Source: a bacterium
GTDB taxonomy: Bacteria > Zhuqueibacterota > Zhuqueibacteria > Oceanimicrobiales > Oceanimicrobiaceae
Direction of reading: 5' to 3'
Assembly: GCA_037446635.1 (NCBI GenBank)
Contig: JBBIIG010000016.1
Coordinates: forward strand, 1-64,000
DNA: 64,000 nucleotides
Position 1 is the first letter of the stretch. Each line of letters begins with the position of its first letter. The notes under the pieces are model-generated. The model searched no databases, was not told the DNA's origin, and worked only from the letters and a program-made list of their open reading frames with translations. Positions 10,440 through 20,316 of this stretch are shown here, piece after piece. A program made the translations under genes and the position numbers.

Positions 10440-10471
10440 CAGTTAGACAAGGGTAGGGGTGAGTTTATTCC
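10440..10471 (-). promoter_or_regulatory. Autoregulatory ECF promoter GGAAT-N16-TTGTCTAACTG
   Basis: Immediately upstream of the ECF sigma; repeated at 8661-8692. Confidence 0.8.
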
Positions 10472-10614
10472 TTCACTGCATTCACCACAGTGAACCACAA
10501 AATTGTTAGTCATCAAATAAAAAATTCTCTTTGCAAAAACAAGATTTGTTTTGCTTTTTACAGTACAAACATTATTTAATAATAATGTAAATTTTAGAGA
10601 ATCGGGAGTTAGCA

Positions 10615-10857
10615 ATGAGCAAGAACTTCTATAAAGTAATTTTTGAACCTCAAGAAGAAGGTGGATATACGGTTACCGTCCCATCTTTGCCTGGCTGTAT
10701 TTCCGAAGGAGACACTTATGATGATGCGTTAGCCAACATAAAAGAGGCAATCGCTTTGTATCTGGAAAGCCTCCGAGCAGATGGTCTCCCCATTCCAGAT
10801 GAAAACCATCTTATTGTAGAAGTAGAGGCGCCCCATGAGCAGATTGCCGCCGCTTAA
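10615..10857 (+). CDS. hicB: HicB-family antitoxin
   Basis: 'EEGGYTVTVPSLPGCISEGDTYDDALANIKEAI'. Confidence 0.92.
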   Translation: MSKNFYKVIFEPQEEGGYTVTVPSLPGCISEGDTYDDALANIKEAIALYLESLRADGLPIPDENHLIVEVEAPHEQIAAA

Positions 10858-11055
10858 AAGCCGCGATGTTATTAGAGCCCTTCAAAAAGCAGGTTTGTTG
10901 AACATCGACAACGAGGCGGCCACAAAATTTTTAAGAAAGAGAAACTTAGAGTTACCGTACCGGTTCATCCGAGAGACCTCAAAAAGGGCACACTTCGCAG
11001 CATCATTGAACAAGCAGAATTGACTGTTGAAGAGTTTATTGAGCTTCTAAAATAA
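10835..11055 (+). pseudogene. hicA: HicA toxin, frameshifted near 10894
   Basis: MSRLPPLKSRDVIRALQKAG continues in another frame as VEHRQRGGHKIFKK...TVPVHPRDLKKGTLRSIIEQAELTVEEFIELLK*; adding one T to ggtttg restores the frame. Confidence 0.85.
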
Positions 11056-11059
11056 AAAG

Positions 11060-12388
11060 TCAAATTTTAATTCTGACCATCACTTCTTTCAAATCCGCTG
11101 CCAACTCCACCGGCCGATTCGCCAATCGCGGCTCGATGCCATCCAGCTGCCCTTCGTGATAGCCCACCTTGAAATTCACAAACTTTAACCCGTGTGCCGT
11201 GGAAACCACCACCACGCGATCGTTCGGCTTGATTTCTTTTTTCTCCACCAATTTCAGAAACGCGGCCAATGCCACGCCGGTTTGCGGACAAACGAATAAT
11301 CCTTCGCGATCGGCCAGCGCCGCGGCGTTCGCCAATTCTTCTTCGCTGGCCTGTTCGACGATGCCATTTGTTTTTTTCAAAACCCGAACGGCCTTTTTAA
11401 AACTCACAGGATTGCCAATTTGAATTGCGGAGGCGAACGTGGCACCAGCTTTTTGGGGCTGAAGATCGACGAAGCCACTTTTGTAACTTTCGTAAAGCGG
11501 ATTGGCTTTCTCGGTCTGCGCGCACACCAGCCGCGGCAGCCGATCAATTAAGCCGACGAATTTCATTTCCGAAAAACCCTTGCCGATGGCGGAGACATTG
11601 CCGAGGTTGCCGCCCGGCACAATCACCCAATCCGGGACTTGCCAGTCTAATTGTTGGGCGATTTCCATCGCCACGGTTTTTTGGCCTTCGACGCGCAGCG
11701 AGTTCATGGAATTGGCGAGATAGATTTCTTTCGACTCGGTGAGCTTTTGTATCATCGCCATGCAGCCATCGAAATCGGTATCGAGTGAAAGGGTGAGGCA
11801 GCCGTTGGCGATGGGCTGAATGAGCTGCGCTGTTGAGATTTTATTTTTGGGAAGCAGCACAATCGACGGTATTCCCGCCGCGGCGCAGTAAGCCGCCAGC
11901 GCCGCCGAGGTATCGCCGGTGGAGGCGCAGGCGACGGCTTTGATTTTCTGTCCCTGCGCGATCATCTGTTTGACCATCGAGACCAGCACCGTCATTCCCA
12001 AGTCTTTGAATGAGCCGGTGTGACTGTTGCCGCAGAGCTTCACCCAGATTTTTTCGATTCCCGTTTTTTTCGAAATTTGCCGCGCCTCGAATAGCGGGGT
12101 TCGTCCCTCGCCAATGGAAACAATATGTTCATCAGCGATTTCTGGGCACACCCACTCTTTTTTCCCCCAAACGCCGCTGGCGAACGGGCCGGCGGCGCGG
12201 CCGTAGCGCGCGGCAAAGATTTCTTTCCACTTACTCGCGGAAGTTGCTTTCAACGCCTCGAGATCGTGTTGGACTTCCAGCAGATCGCCGCACTTCGGGC
12301 AGCGGTAGATGATTTCGGAGAGGGGGATTCCGGAAACGCAACCGTTGATGCAGCGGTAGTGGGCTTGGTAAAACTTACGAGGGTACAT
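11060..12388 (-). CDS. thrC: Threonine synthase
   Basis: '[11 protein letters not shown]' PLP lysine, '[10 protein letters not shown]', 'VPGGNLGN'. Confidence 0.95.
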   Translation of the reverse strand: MYPRKFYQAHYRCINGCVSGIPLSEIIYRCPKCGDLLEVQHDLEALKATSASKWKEIFAARYGRAAGPFASGVWGKKEWVCPEIADEHIVSIGEGRTPLFEARQISKKTGIEKIWVKLCGNSHTGSFKDLGMTVLVSMVKQMIAQGQKIKAVACASTGDTSAALAAYCAAAGIPSIVLLPKNKISTAQLIQPIANGCLTLSLDTDFDGCMAMIQKLTESKEIYLANSMNSLRVEGQKTVAMEIAQQLDWQVPDWVIVPGGNLGNVSAIGKGFSEMKFVGLIDRLPRLVCAQTEKANPLYESYKSGFVDLQPQKAGATFASAIQIGNPVSFKKAVRVLKKTNGIVEQASEEELANAAALADREGLFVCPQTGVALAAFLKLVEKKEIKPNDRVVVVSTAHGLKFVNFKVGYHEGQLDGIEPRLANRPVELAADLKEVMVRIKI

Positions 12389-12448
12389 TTTTCTTGACTC
12401 ACTTAGCAAACAGTTGTAGATTCCGAGTGAGCAAAAGGGTGAACACAG

Positions 12449-12751
12449 ATGACTCAAAAAGTAAAGTCTATAATTCGCGATATCCTAAAAGATGCCGGAA
12501 TTTCTTCTGAAGTCGAGGCACTGAGAAACCAGGCATAGATGATCAGTCTGGCCAAAGTGCAAAAATATGAAACTGAACTTAATCATTATCAAAAGAAATA
12601 TCAAATGTGCTTTGATGATTTCGAGAAAAAAATTACCGCATTGGAAAACGCCGAAAATTTTGAAATGGAAGATGATTATTTGGACTGGAGGTTTGCAGTG
12701 CATGCCTTGAAGATTTGGGAAGAGCGGAAAGCAATTCACGAACATGCTTAG
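12449..12751 (+). pseudogene. Small antitoxin-like protein interrupted by an in-frame TAG (12536-12538)
   Basis: ATG 12449 reads [29 protein letters not shown] and continues in frame as MISLAK...EDDYLDWRFA. Confidence 0.55.
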
Positions 12752-12780
12752 TCGTTAGTCCGTCAAAGATGAGATCAGAT

Positions 12781-13071
12781 ATGCAACTAAAAGATTTCTT
12801 GTTGCTCAAGAGAGACGAAATTTTGCGCCTCGCCTCAAAACACGGGGCGCGAAATATTCGCGTCTTTGGCTCAACTGCGCGCGGTGAAGCCGATTTAAAT
12901 AGCGATGTAGATTTCTTGGTTGAGATGGAACCGGGAAGAACCTTGCTTGACATGGGAGGGCTTTTAGTAGAATTGGAAGCTTTGCTTCAACGGCGGGTCG
13001 ATGTAGTTACTGAGCGAGGATTGAAAAAACGAATTCGCGACCGCGTTCTCAAAGAGGCTGTGAGAATATGA
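12781..13071 (+). CDS. Minimal nucleotidyltransferase (MNT) antitoxin
   Basis: 'VFGSTARGEADLNSDVDFLV', 'RVDVVTE'. Confidence 0.92.
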   Translation: MQLKDFLLLKRDEILRLASKHGARNIRVFGSTARGEADLNSDVDFLVEMEPGRTLLDMGGLLVELEALLQRRVDVVTERGLKKRIRDRVLKEAVRI

Positions 13072-13130
13072 GAGATGCTCTGGAACGCGTTAGGGACATT
13101 TTGGATGCAATTGAAACCTTCCCTCATTGA
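13068..13130 (+). pseudogene. N-terminal stub of a HEPN/DUF86 toxin
   Basis: ATGA overlap with MNT; MRDALERVRDILDAIE resembles the DUF86 N-terminus, then runs into the glpD 3' end. Confidence 0.7.
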
Positions 13131-14737
13131 AGTCCATACAACAACTCCACCCGCCGCCGATAATCCTCCACTTCTTCTTTGATTTGTTTGCGATTCCAGC
13201 CCCAGTATTTACCCATCACCTCGGCACCGGTTTCAGCGCAGTCCAATCCGCGGCAGGCGCTGGTGCCGATGCCGGTGCGCCGCAGGAAAATATCTGCGAG
13301 GGTGCGCGGCAGCTCGTTCTCGATGGAAAAAACAATTTGCGCTTTGATATCGGGATTGTTTTTGCATATAGGCGCTTTCAGCTCCGGCAGCTCATTAGCC
13401 AAATCCAGCACCCGCCGGAATTGGCTGCCATAAATCGAAATCAAATATGCCACTTGTTCTTGCGCGAGGCCGGACTTCTGCGCGTGACTTCGGACATTAT
13501 CGCGCAGATACCGTTGCAGGTCGCTCATGCCGCCGCCCCATGAAGGCCTTTCTGCGGTTTGGCACTCCGGCGATTCGCGGTGTAACTTTTCGTACACCAG
13601 ATCCACGGCTTCCTGCGCCAGACTGCGAAAGGTGGTGAGCTTGCCGCCAATGATGGAAAACAGATTTTCGATGCCCTCGTCTTCGTGATCGAAAATAATG
13701 TGACGGCGGGTGATCTCGGCCTCCTCAGTATCGCTGTCCGTAACCGGCAGGGGGCGAATGCCAGCCAATGAATAGATGACATCTTTTGCCGTGAGATGCG
13801 CATCGGGTACAACAAAATTGACTTCGGCCAGCAGGTACTCGATTTCTTCAGCGGTGGCGCGCACCGACTCGAGGTCGCCTTCGTAGCGGATGTCGGTGGT
13901 GCCCACCCAGTAGTAATCGCGCCAGGGGATGATGAAAAACGGCCGACCATCCTGATGCGCGGGCAGATACAGGGCGTGGCGCGGGCCGTGCCGGAATTTT
14001 GGCAATAAAATGTGGCTGCCTTTCGTGCCGCCAATTTTTTTGGGGGTGTACGGATTGCGAAGCTGTAGAAGGGAATCGACCCAAGCGCCAGTTGCGTTTA
14101 CCACCACCCGCCCGTGAATTTCCGACTCTTTGCCGGTCAACGCATCTCGAACTTTGACGCCGCGAATCTGATCGTCCTCAATGAGCAGGTCGATGACTTT
14201 TGTATAATTTTGCACGACGGCGCCCGCAGCTTTCGCCAGCAAAATATTTTCCAAACAAAGACGTTCCGGGTAGGTGAGCTGGCAATCGAAATAAGTGAAG
14301 CCGCCTTCGAGATTACGGGCGCGGATGTTGGGCTCGAAAGTGAGCAACTCCTCCGTCGAGTACGATTGGTGGTTTTCGAGGGTTTTATCATAAGAAAGAA
14401 TGTCGTAGGCCAGCAGTCCCAACTTGACTTTGCCATAACCGTATTTGTTGTCTTCATAAATTGGAATGACAAACTGAATGGGGTGGACGAGATGAGGGGC
14501 TTGTCGCAGCAGAATTTCCCGCTCCCGCAGAGACTCCCGCACCAGCCCGATTTCGTAATGTTCGAGATAACGCAGGCCGCCGTGAATGAGTTTGGTGGAA
14601 CGAAAGGTGGTGCCGAACGCAAAGTCATTTTTTTCGGCAAGATAAACAGAGAGTCCGCGTTCGGCGGCATCGCGCGCAATGCCGGCGCCGTTGATGCCCC
14701 CGCCGATAATGATGAGATCGTAAATTGTATGCCTCAT
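13124..14737 (-). CDS. glpD: FAD-dependent glycerol-3-phosphate dehydrogenase
   Basis: 'IIGGGINGAGIARDAA', 'RSTKLIHGGLRYLE', 'GGKLTTFR'. Confidence 0.93.
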   Translation of the reverse strand: MRHTIYDLIIIGGGINGAGIARDAAERGLSVYLAEKNDFAFGTTFRSTKLIHGGLRYLEHYEIGLVRESLREREILLRQAPHLVHPIQFVIPIYEDNKYGYGKVKLGLLAYDILSYDKTLENHQSYSTEELLTFEPNIRARNLEGGFTYFDCQLTYPERLCLENILLAKAAGAVVQNYTKVIDLLIEDDQIRGVKVRDALTGKESEIHGRVVVNATGAWVDSLLQLRNPYTPKKIGGTKGSHILLPKFRHGPRHALYLPAHQDGRPFFIIPWRDYYWVGTTDIRYEGDLESVRATAEEIEYLLAEVNFVVPDAHLTAKDVIYSLAGIRPLPVTDSDTEEAEITRRHIIFDHEDEGIENLFSIIGGKLTTFRSLAQEAVDLVYEKLHRESPECQTAERPSWGGGMSDLQRYLRDNVRSHAQKSGLAQEQVAYLISIYGSQFRRVLDLANELPELKAPICKNNPDIKAQIVFSIENELPRTLADIFLRRTGIGTSACRGLDCAETGAEVMGKYWGWNRKQIKEEVEDYRRRVELLYGLQ

Positions 14738-15038
14738 GGTTCAATCGCCTTTGAATGGCGCAATATCATTAAAAAAGGTTAAACAGTCAAGAGGCTGGCG
14801 GAGCCCACGCAGAGCGCGGAATCAAGATTAAGAAAGCGGAGCGGTCCTTGCCTGCCTGCGTAGGCAAACGCAATGAAGCCATCTCCAAATTCTGAGCACC
14901 CACGCGGGAATTGCCTCGTCGTAGTCTTTTCAATAATATAAAGATTCGCCCCATCAATTATGTTGATTTTTAGTGGCACGCTCTTTATATTTACGCCGTT
15001 ATTTTAGCGTGCTCATCCATCCTAACCCGGAGGCGGTC

Positions 15039-15452
15039 ATGGATTCAAAAACGCTGCGATCCCCCATTGAAGCTTTAAATCCACCGAAAGCAGTGAGTGT
15101 CAAAGTTGGCACTAAGGTGGATGCAGTGATCAAACTCATGAAAGAAAAGCGTATTGGCTGCGTGTGCGTGGTGAGGAACAATCAGATGGCTGGCATCTTC
15201 ACGGAGCGCGATGTGTTGAAACGGGTGGTCGGCGCGGGGCTGGACGTCAAAAAAGTGCAAATCGAAGAAGTGATGACCACTACCCCGGAATATCTTTACA
15301 TTGACGATCAACTGGCATTCGCGCTTAACCGAATGGACCTCGGCGGGTTTCGCCACATCCTTTTAATCAACACCAAAGGCGAACCTTGCGGTGTGATTTC
15401 CATGCGCGACATCATGTCGCATTTAGTAGAAAACGTTGGGGAGAAAAATTAG
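15039..15452 (+). CDS. CBS-domain protein
   Basis: CBS pair, 'GIFTERDVL', 'GGFRH'. Confidence 0.88.
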   Translation: MDSKTLRSPIEALNPPKAVSVKVGTKVDAVIKLMKEKRIGCVCVVRNNQMAGIFTERDVLKRVVGAGLDVKKVQIEEVMTTTPEYLYIDDQLAFALNRMDLGGFRHILLINTKGEPCGVISMRDIMSHLVENVGEKN

Positions 15453-15494
15453 GCAGGGGGAAAAGCCGAACAGCATAAAATCGAGGAGGCGCCA

Positions 15495-16043
15495 ATGGTA
15501 GTTAAAACGGATTTTGACAAATTCGATGATGAGCTGCGCACCATGCAGGAGCTGATGGAAGAGCAGGAAATCACCCTGCGCGATAAAGATTTGCTCGTGC
15601 CTATCAAGACTTTGAATTTGAAAAAAGCGGTGACGGTTGCGCCGGGAACATCCATCAAACAATGCGTGGAAACCATGCTTGCCCGCCATTTTGGGTGTTT
15701 GCTGGTAGTTAAAAACAAAAACTTGCAAGGCATTTTCACGGAGCGCGACGTGTTAATGAAGATCGCCGGCGAGAATATCGATCTGGCGAAAGCCAAAGTG
15801 GACGACTACATGACCCCCCATCCCGTAACCCTGACTCTGAAGGACCCCATCCTTTCAGCGCTGCGGCTGATGCACCACGGAGGCTATCGCCACCTAACCA
15901 TCGTCGATGAAAAAGGCGAACCTGTTTCTGTGCTTTCCATTCGCGACGTTGTCCACTATATCGTCGAGTTTTTCCCGCAGGATGTTTTAAACTTGCCGCC
16001 GCACCCGCTTCGCGTTGGCGCCAAAAGCGCTGACGGCGGCTGA
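15495..16043 (+). CDS. CBS-domain protein (paralog of the preceding gene)
   Basis: 'GIFTERDVL', 'GGYRHL'. Confidence 0.88.
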   Translation: MVVKTDFDKFDDELRTMQELMEEQEITLRDKDLLVPIKTLNLKKAVTVAPGTSIKQCVETMLARHFGCLLVVKNKNLQGIFTERDVLMKIAGENIDLAKAKVDDYMTPHPVTLTLKDPILSALRLMHHGGYRHLTIVDEKGEPVSVLSIRDVVHYIVEFFPQDVLNLPPHPLRVGAKSADGG

Positions 16044-16099
16044 ACGATGGATTTGCAATAAATCAACTGTTTTCAAATAAATTGGAGTAATCATAAAAG

Positions 16100-17932
16100 A
16101 TGAGTAAACCAGTCAAAACTCTCAACGAGGTGACTATCCGTTTCGCCGGCGACTCCGGCGACGGCATGCAGTTAGTCGGCAATGAATTGGCGAACACCTC
16201 GGCATTGCTTGGAAACGACATTGGTATTTTGCCGGACTTTCCGGCCGAAATTCGCGCCCCTGCCGGCACACTGCCCGGCGTCAGCGGCTACCAACTGCAT
16301 TTCAGCAGCTATGACATTCACACGCCCGGCGAGCAATACGACGCTTTGATTGCTATGAATCCGGCGGCGTTGAAAATGAATATTGGCAACCTCAAACCCA
16401 ACGGTATTTTGATTGTGAACTCCGAAGCTTTCAAAGATCGGAATTTGCAGCTCGCGCGCTATGAACGCAATCCCCTGGAGGATGGCTCGTTAGACAAATA
16501 TCAGTTGTTCGAAGTGGATATCACCGGCCTAACGCGCAAGGCGCTGGAAGAATTGAATCTCTCCGCCAAAGTAGTGGATCGTTGCAAGAATTTTTTTGCG
16601 CTTGGCATGGTTTTTTGGCTGTATAATCGCTCGATGGACCACGCCATCGCTTTGATCAAAGATAAATTTTCAAAGAAACCGGAATTGGTAGAAGCCAACC
16701 TGCGCGCATTGAAAGCTGGTTATGCATATTGTCTGGCAACGGAGCAATTTGCCACCTCGTATGAAGTCAAGCCGGCGAAATTGCCGCCCGGCAAATACCG
16801 CAGTTTGAGCGGCAACGATGCCATCGCGCTCGGTTTGATTGCCGCTTCTGTGAAATCGGGGTTGCCGCTGTTTTATGGCAGCTATCCCATTACGCCTGCC
16901 AGCGATATTCTGCACGAGCTTTCGCGCTACAAGAATTTTGGCGTGCGCACCTTTCAGGCGGAAGATGAAATTGCGGCCGTGTGCGCCGCCATTGGCGCAT
17001 CATACGCCGGCGCCTTGGGCACCACTGGCACCAGCGGCCCGGGGCTGGCGCTGAAAATGGAGGCCATTGGCCTGGCGGTAAGTGTGGAACTGCCGCTGGT
17101 GATTTGCGATATCCAGCGCGCGGGCCCCAGCACCGGCATGCCCACGAAAACCGAAGCCGCGGATCTGTTGCAGGCCATCTACGGCCGAAACAGCGAGGCG
17201 CCGGTGCCGGTGGTGGCGGCGTCGCGGCCATCCGATTGTTTTGAAACCGCGTATGAGGCGTGCCGCATCGCCATCAAATACATGACGCCGGTAATTCTCC
17301 TCTCCGATGGCTATCTTGCCAATGGCGCGGAACCCTGGCCCGTGCCGGATGCCAGCAAGCTGCCGGAGATTCCAGTGAAATTCGCGACGGATCCGGAGAG
17401 CTTTGCGCCCTTTTTGCGGGATGAGATCACGCTGGCACGCCCGTGGGCGCTGCCTGGCACACCGGGGCTCGAGCATCGCATTGGCGGTTTGGAGAAAGAG
17501 GCCGTGACCGGCAATGTAAGTTACGATCCGCGCAATCACGAGTACATGTGCACCATCCGTGCGAAAAAGGTAGCGCAAATCGCTGACGATCTGCCGCCCA
17601 CCCAAATTGAGGGTCCGCACTCCGGCGACCTGCTTGTCTTGGGCTGGGGCAGCACGTACGGCGCCATCAAAACGGCGGTCGAACACAAGCAGAAAGAAGG
17701 CAAATCGGTGTCGCAGGTTCACTTGCGTTATTTGAACCCATTGCCCAAAGACCTGGGGAAAATTCTTTCGAATTTCAAGAAGATATTGATCCCTGAGCTC
17801 AATTTGGGGCAATTGGTGAAAGTTATTCAAGCAACTTATCTTGTCCCGGTAGTTGGGTTCAGCAAAATTCAGGGACTGCCATTTTTCTCTTCTGAAATTG
17901 AAGAAAAAATCGATCAACTTTTGGAGAAGTAG
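16100..17932 (+). CDS. korA: 2-oxoacid:ferredoxin oxidoreductase alpha subunit
   Basis: 'FAGDSGDGMQ', 'YPITPAS', 'QAEDEIAA', 'QRAGPSTGMPTK'. Confidence 0.93.
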   Translation: MSKPVKTLNEVTIRFAGDSGDGMQLVGNELANTSALLGNDIGILPDFPAEIRAPAGTLPGVSGYQLHFSSYDIHTPGEQYDALIAMNPAALKMNIGNLKPNGILIVNSEAFKDRNLQLARYERNPLEDGSLDKYQLFEVDITGLTRKALEELNLSAKVVDRCKNFFALGMVFWLYNRSMDHAIALIKDKFSKKPELVEANLRALKAGYAYCLATEQFATSYEVKPAKLPPGKYRSLSGNDAIALGLIAASVKSGLPLFYGSYPITPASDILHELSRYKNFGVRTFQAEDEIAAVCAAIGASYAGALGTTGTSGPGLALKMEAIGLAVSVELPLVICDIQRAGPSTGMPTKTEAADLLQAIYGRNSEAPVPVVAASRPSDCFETAYEACRIAIKYMTPVILLSDGYLANGAEPWPVPDASKLPEIPVKFATDPESFAPFLRDEITLARPWALPGTPGLEHRIGGLEKEAVTGNVSYDPRNHEYMCTIRAKKVAQIADDLPPTQIEGPHSGDLLVLGWGSTYGAIKTAVEHKQKEGKSVSQVHLRYLNPLPKDLGKILSNFKKILIPELNLGQLVKVIQATYLVPVVGFSKIQGLPFFSSEIEEKIDQLLEK

Positions 17933-17933
17933 A

Positions 17934-18983
17934 ATGAGAGTAAAAGAAGAAACCATGACCCCCAATGGGCCAATCATAAATCTCACGAAAAAAGATTTCG
18001 AGTCCGATCAAGAAGTACGCTGGTGTCCCGGCTGTGGTGACTATTCGATTTTAGCGCAGACGCAGCGGACGCTTCCGAGTTTAGGCATTCCGCGGGAAAA
18101 GTTTGTGTTCGTCTCCGGCATCGGTTGCTCCAGCCGCTTTCCGTATTACATGAACACCTACGGCTTTCATGGCATTCATGGCCGCGCGCCGGCGATTGCC
18201 ACCGGCGTCAAAATCACCAATCCGGAATTGTCAGTATGGGTGGCCACCGGCGACGGCGACGCCCTCAGCATCGGCGGCAATCATTTTATTCACTTGCTGC
18301 GCCGCAACCTCGATATCAACGTGATTCTTTTCAACAACCGAATTTATGGGTTGACGAAGGGCCAATACTCGCCGACTTCTGAATTCGGAAAAATTACCAA
18401 GTCTTCGCCGTTCGGCTCTGTAGATCATCCGTTCAATCCCATCAGCGTGGCAATTGGCGCCGGCGCAACGTTTGTCGCCCGCACTATGGACCGCGATCCG
18501 GCACATATGCAGGAAACCATCAAAAAGGCAGCCGAGCACAAAGGTACCTCGTTTGTTGAGGTTCTGCAAAACTGCAATATCTTCAATGACGGTGCCTGGT
18601 TCAAATACACGGAAAAGGAAACCAAGCCGGAGAACGTGGTTTATCTCGAACACGGCAAGCCGCTCATTTTCGGTGCACAGAAAGACAAAGGCATTCGCTT
18701 GAATGGCTTCAAGCCGGAAGTGGTTTCCCTCAAAGACGGCAAATTTTCGGAAGTGGATTTGTTGGTGCATAATGAAAACGATCCCAACTCCACCTATGCT
18801 TATATTTTGAGCCACATGATGGACAACCCCGCGCTGCCCATTCCCGTCGGTGTGTTTCGCTCCGTTGAAGCGATGCGCTATGAAGACGCGTTGACCGAGC
18901 AGCTCAAACTAGCATCGCAGAAAATGGGCAAGCCCGATTTGCAGGCGCTGCTGGAGTCCGGCGATACCTGGGAAGTCAAGTAA
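17934..18983 (+). CDS. korB: 2-oxoacid:ferredoxin oxidoreductase beta subunit
   Basis: 'WCPGCGD', 'SGIGCSSR', TPP motif 'GDGDALSIGGNH...NN'. Confidence 0.93.
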   Translation: MRVKEETMTPNGPIINLTKKDFESDQEVRWCPGCGDYSILAQTQRTLPSLGIPREKFVFVSGIGCSSRFPYYMNTYGFHGIHGRAPAIATGVKITNPELSVWVATGDGDALSIGGNHFIHLLRRNLDINVILFNNRIYGLTKGQYSPTSEFGKITKSSPFGSVDHPFNPISVAIGAGATFVARTMDRDPAHMQETIKKAAEHKGTSFVEVLQNCNIFNDGAWFKYTEKETKPENVVYLEHGKPLIFGAQKDKGIRLNGFKPEVVSLKDGKFSEVDLLVHNENDPNSTYAYILSHMMDNPALPIPVGVFRSVEAMRYEDALTEQLKLASQKMGKPDLQALLESGDTWEVK

Positions 18984-19115
18984 GTCGCTCTCATTATGAA
19001 CGACATTTGAAAAATACGAATATCGAAATCCGAACCCGAAACAAACCCGAAATTCAAAGATCAAATTAACGGTCGATTCTTCGATACCCAAAGTGTTCCT
19101 AATTCAGGTTTAATG

Positions 19116-19148
19116 AGCCCGGTGAATTACGCCGGGCTTTTTGTTTTT
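19116..19148 (+). terminator. Intrinsic terminator of the CBS-korAB operon
   Basis: agcccggtg..cgccgggct stem plus T tract. Confidence 0.75.
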
Positions 19149-19187
19149 ACCACTTGAATATCCGGTTGGACTTTCTTATGTTGAACC

Positions 19188-19550
19188 ATGAACGTTGAAA
19201 AAATCAAAGCGCGTTGGCAGCGGCGGAATGACGCGCGTCTAACCTCATTGGAAAATCGAAGAACCGCTCTACTGCAAAAACTTCGGGAATCTGTGCCGGA
19301 GTTTCTAAGCGAATTCCCCGAGGTCACTAAGCTGATCGTTTTTGGCTCACTGGTTCGGCCGGGGTACTTCTCTGTAATTTCGGATGTGGATATTGCTCTG
19401 AAGAATCTGCCAAACGCGCGTTATTGGGAAGCGTTGTTGTGGTTAGAGAAACGCCTGGCGTTTGAAGATATTGATCTGGTGAGAATCGAGGATGCCAGGC
19501 CCGGTATTTTGAAATTCATCGAGAGGGGCGTGGTCTTGTATGAAAACTAA
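19188..19550 (+). CDS. MNT nucleotidyltransferase antitoxin
   Basis: 'VFGSLVRPGYFSVISDVDIA', 'IDLVRIE'. Confidence 0.88.
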   Translation: MNVEKIKARWQRRNDARLTSLENRRTALLQKLRESVPEFLSEFPEVTKLIVFGSLVRPGYFSVISDVDIALKNLPNARYWEALLWLEKRLAFEDIDLVRIEDARPGILKFIERGVVLYEN

Positions 19551-20028
19551 ATTCGAGAGCCTCAAACTTCTCAAATCTGAAATTCACGAGGCTTTGGTAA
19601 GAGTCGGAGAATTGGACGACAAACTAATGTCGTTGAATCCCGAGCGAAGCAGCGATGATGTTTCCGAAGAAGATTTGATAATCATTGGATATTTTTTATC
19701 CGGAATCTATTCAACCATCGAAGAGATTTTTGTTAAAGTTGCAAAAGAGTTTGAAAACAAAATTGAGGATTCGATACACTGGCACGCAGAATTACTAAAT
19801 AGGATGGCCTTAGACATTGATGAGGTTCGACCGGCGGTCATCTCAAAAAAATCGCGAAATTGTCTGGATGATCTTCGCAAGTTCCGGCATGTGTTCCGTT
19901 TTTCTTATGCGTATGAATTGCAGGCGGATAAGATGGCAATCGTTGTGAAGCGCTGGCTGAGTTGTCGGAAAAGCATTCAAGAAGATATTCAAAAATTTGT
20001 GAGCATTTTGGATCAACTGGCAAGCTGA
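19540..20028 (+). CDS. HepT-like HEPN toxin
   Basis: Overlaps MNT; 'YSTIEEIF', 'WHAELLNRM', 'RPAVIS', 'FRHVFR'. Confidence 0.82.
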   Translation: MKTKFESLKLLKSEIHEALVRVGELDDKLMSLNPERSSDDVSEEDLIIIGYFLSGIYSTIEEIFVKVAKEFENKIEDSIHWHAELLNRMALDIDEVRPAVISKKSRNCLDDLRKFRHVFRFSYAYELQADKMAIVVKRWLSCRKSIQEDIQKFVSILDQLAS

Positions 20029-20032
20029 ACTT

Positions 20033-20296
20033 ATGTCCACTCGCAAAACAAAACATTCCAGCCTGGTTTTAATCGTGCTTTCCTGGCTGCTAACCCGCTT
20101 GTGGCAGGGCATCGAATTATCGCGGCTGGCGATTTTTCGTTTCAAACCGCCAGCGGTGATCAATTTCATAGCGCGCGACGCCCGGCAATTTCCGCGAAGC
20201 GTCTGGATGATGGAGCGAAACAAAGTTTATTTGCTCGCGCTTAATGAGCCCCCCGATCCCCTTCAAATCAAAACCACCATTTGTGAAACGAATTAA
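20033..20296 (+). CDS. Small hypothetical protein
   Basis: ORF fills the gap between the HEPN and rhomboid genes; no recognised motif. Confidence 0.3.
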   Translation: MSTRKTKHSSLVLIVLSWLLTRLWQGIELSRLAIFRFKPPAVINFIARDARQFPRSVWMMERNKVYLLALNEPPDPLQIKTTICETN

Positions 20297-20316
20297 AATC
20301 ATTTCAGGGTAGCGTG

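Noticed and set aside
19870..19915. Catalytically dead HEPN toxin (RHVFRF lacks the Rx4H histidine)
   Set aside because: This subfamily varies at that position, so inactivity cannot be claimed without an alignment.
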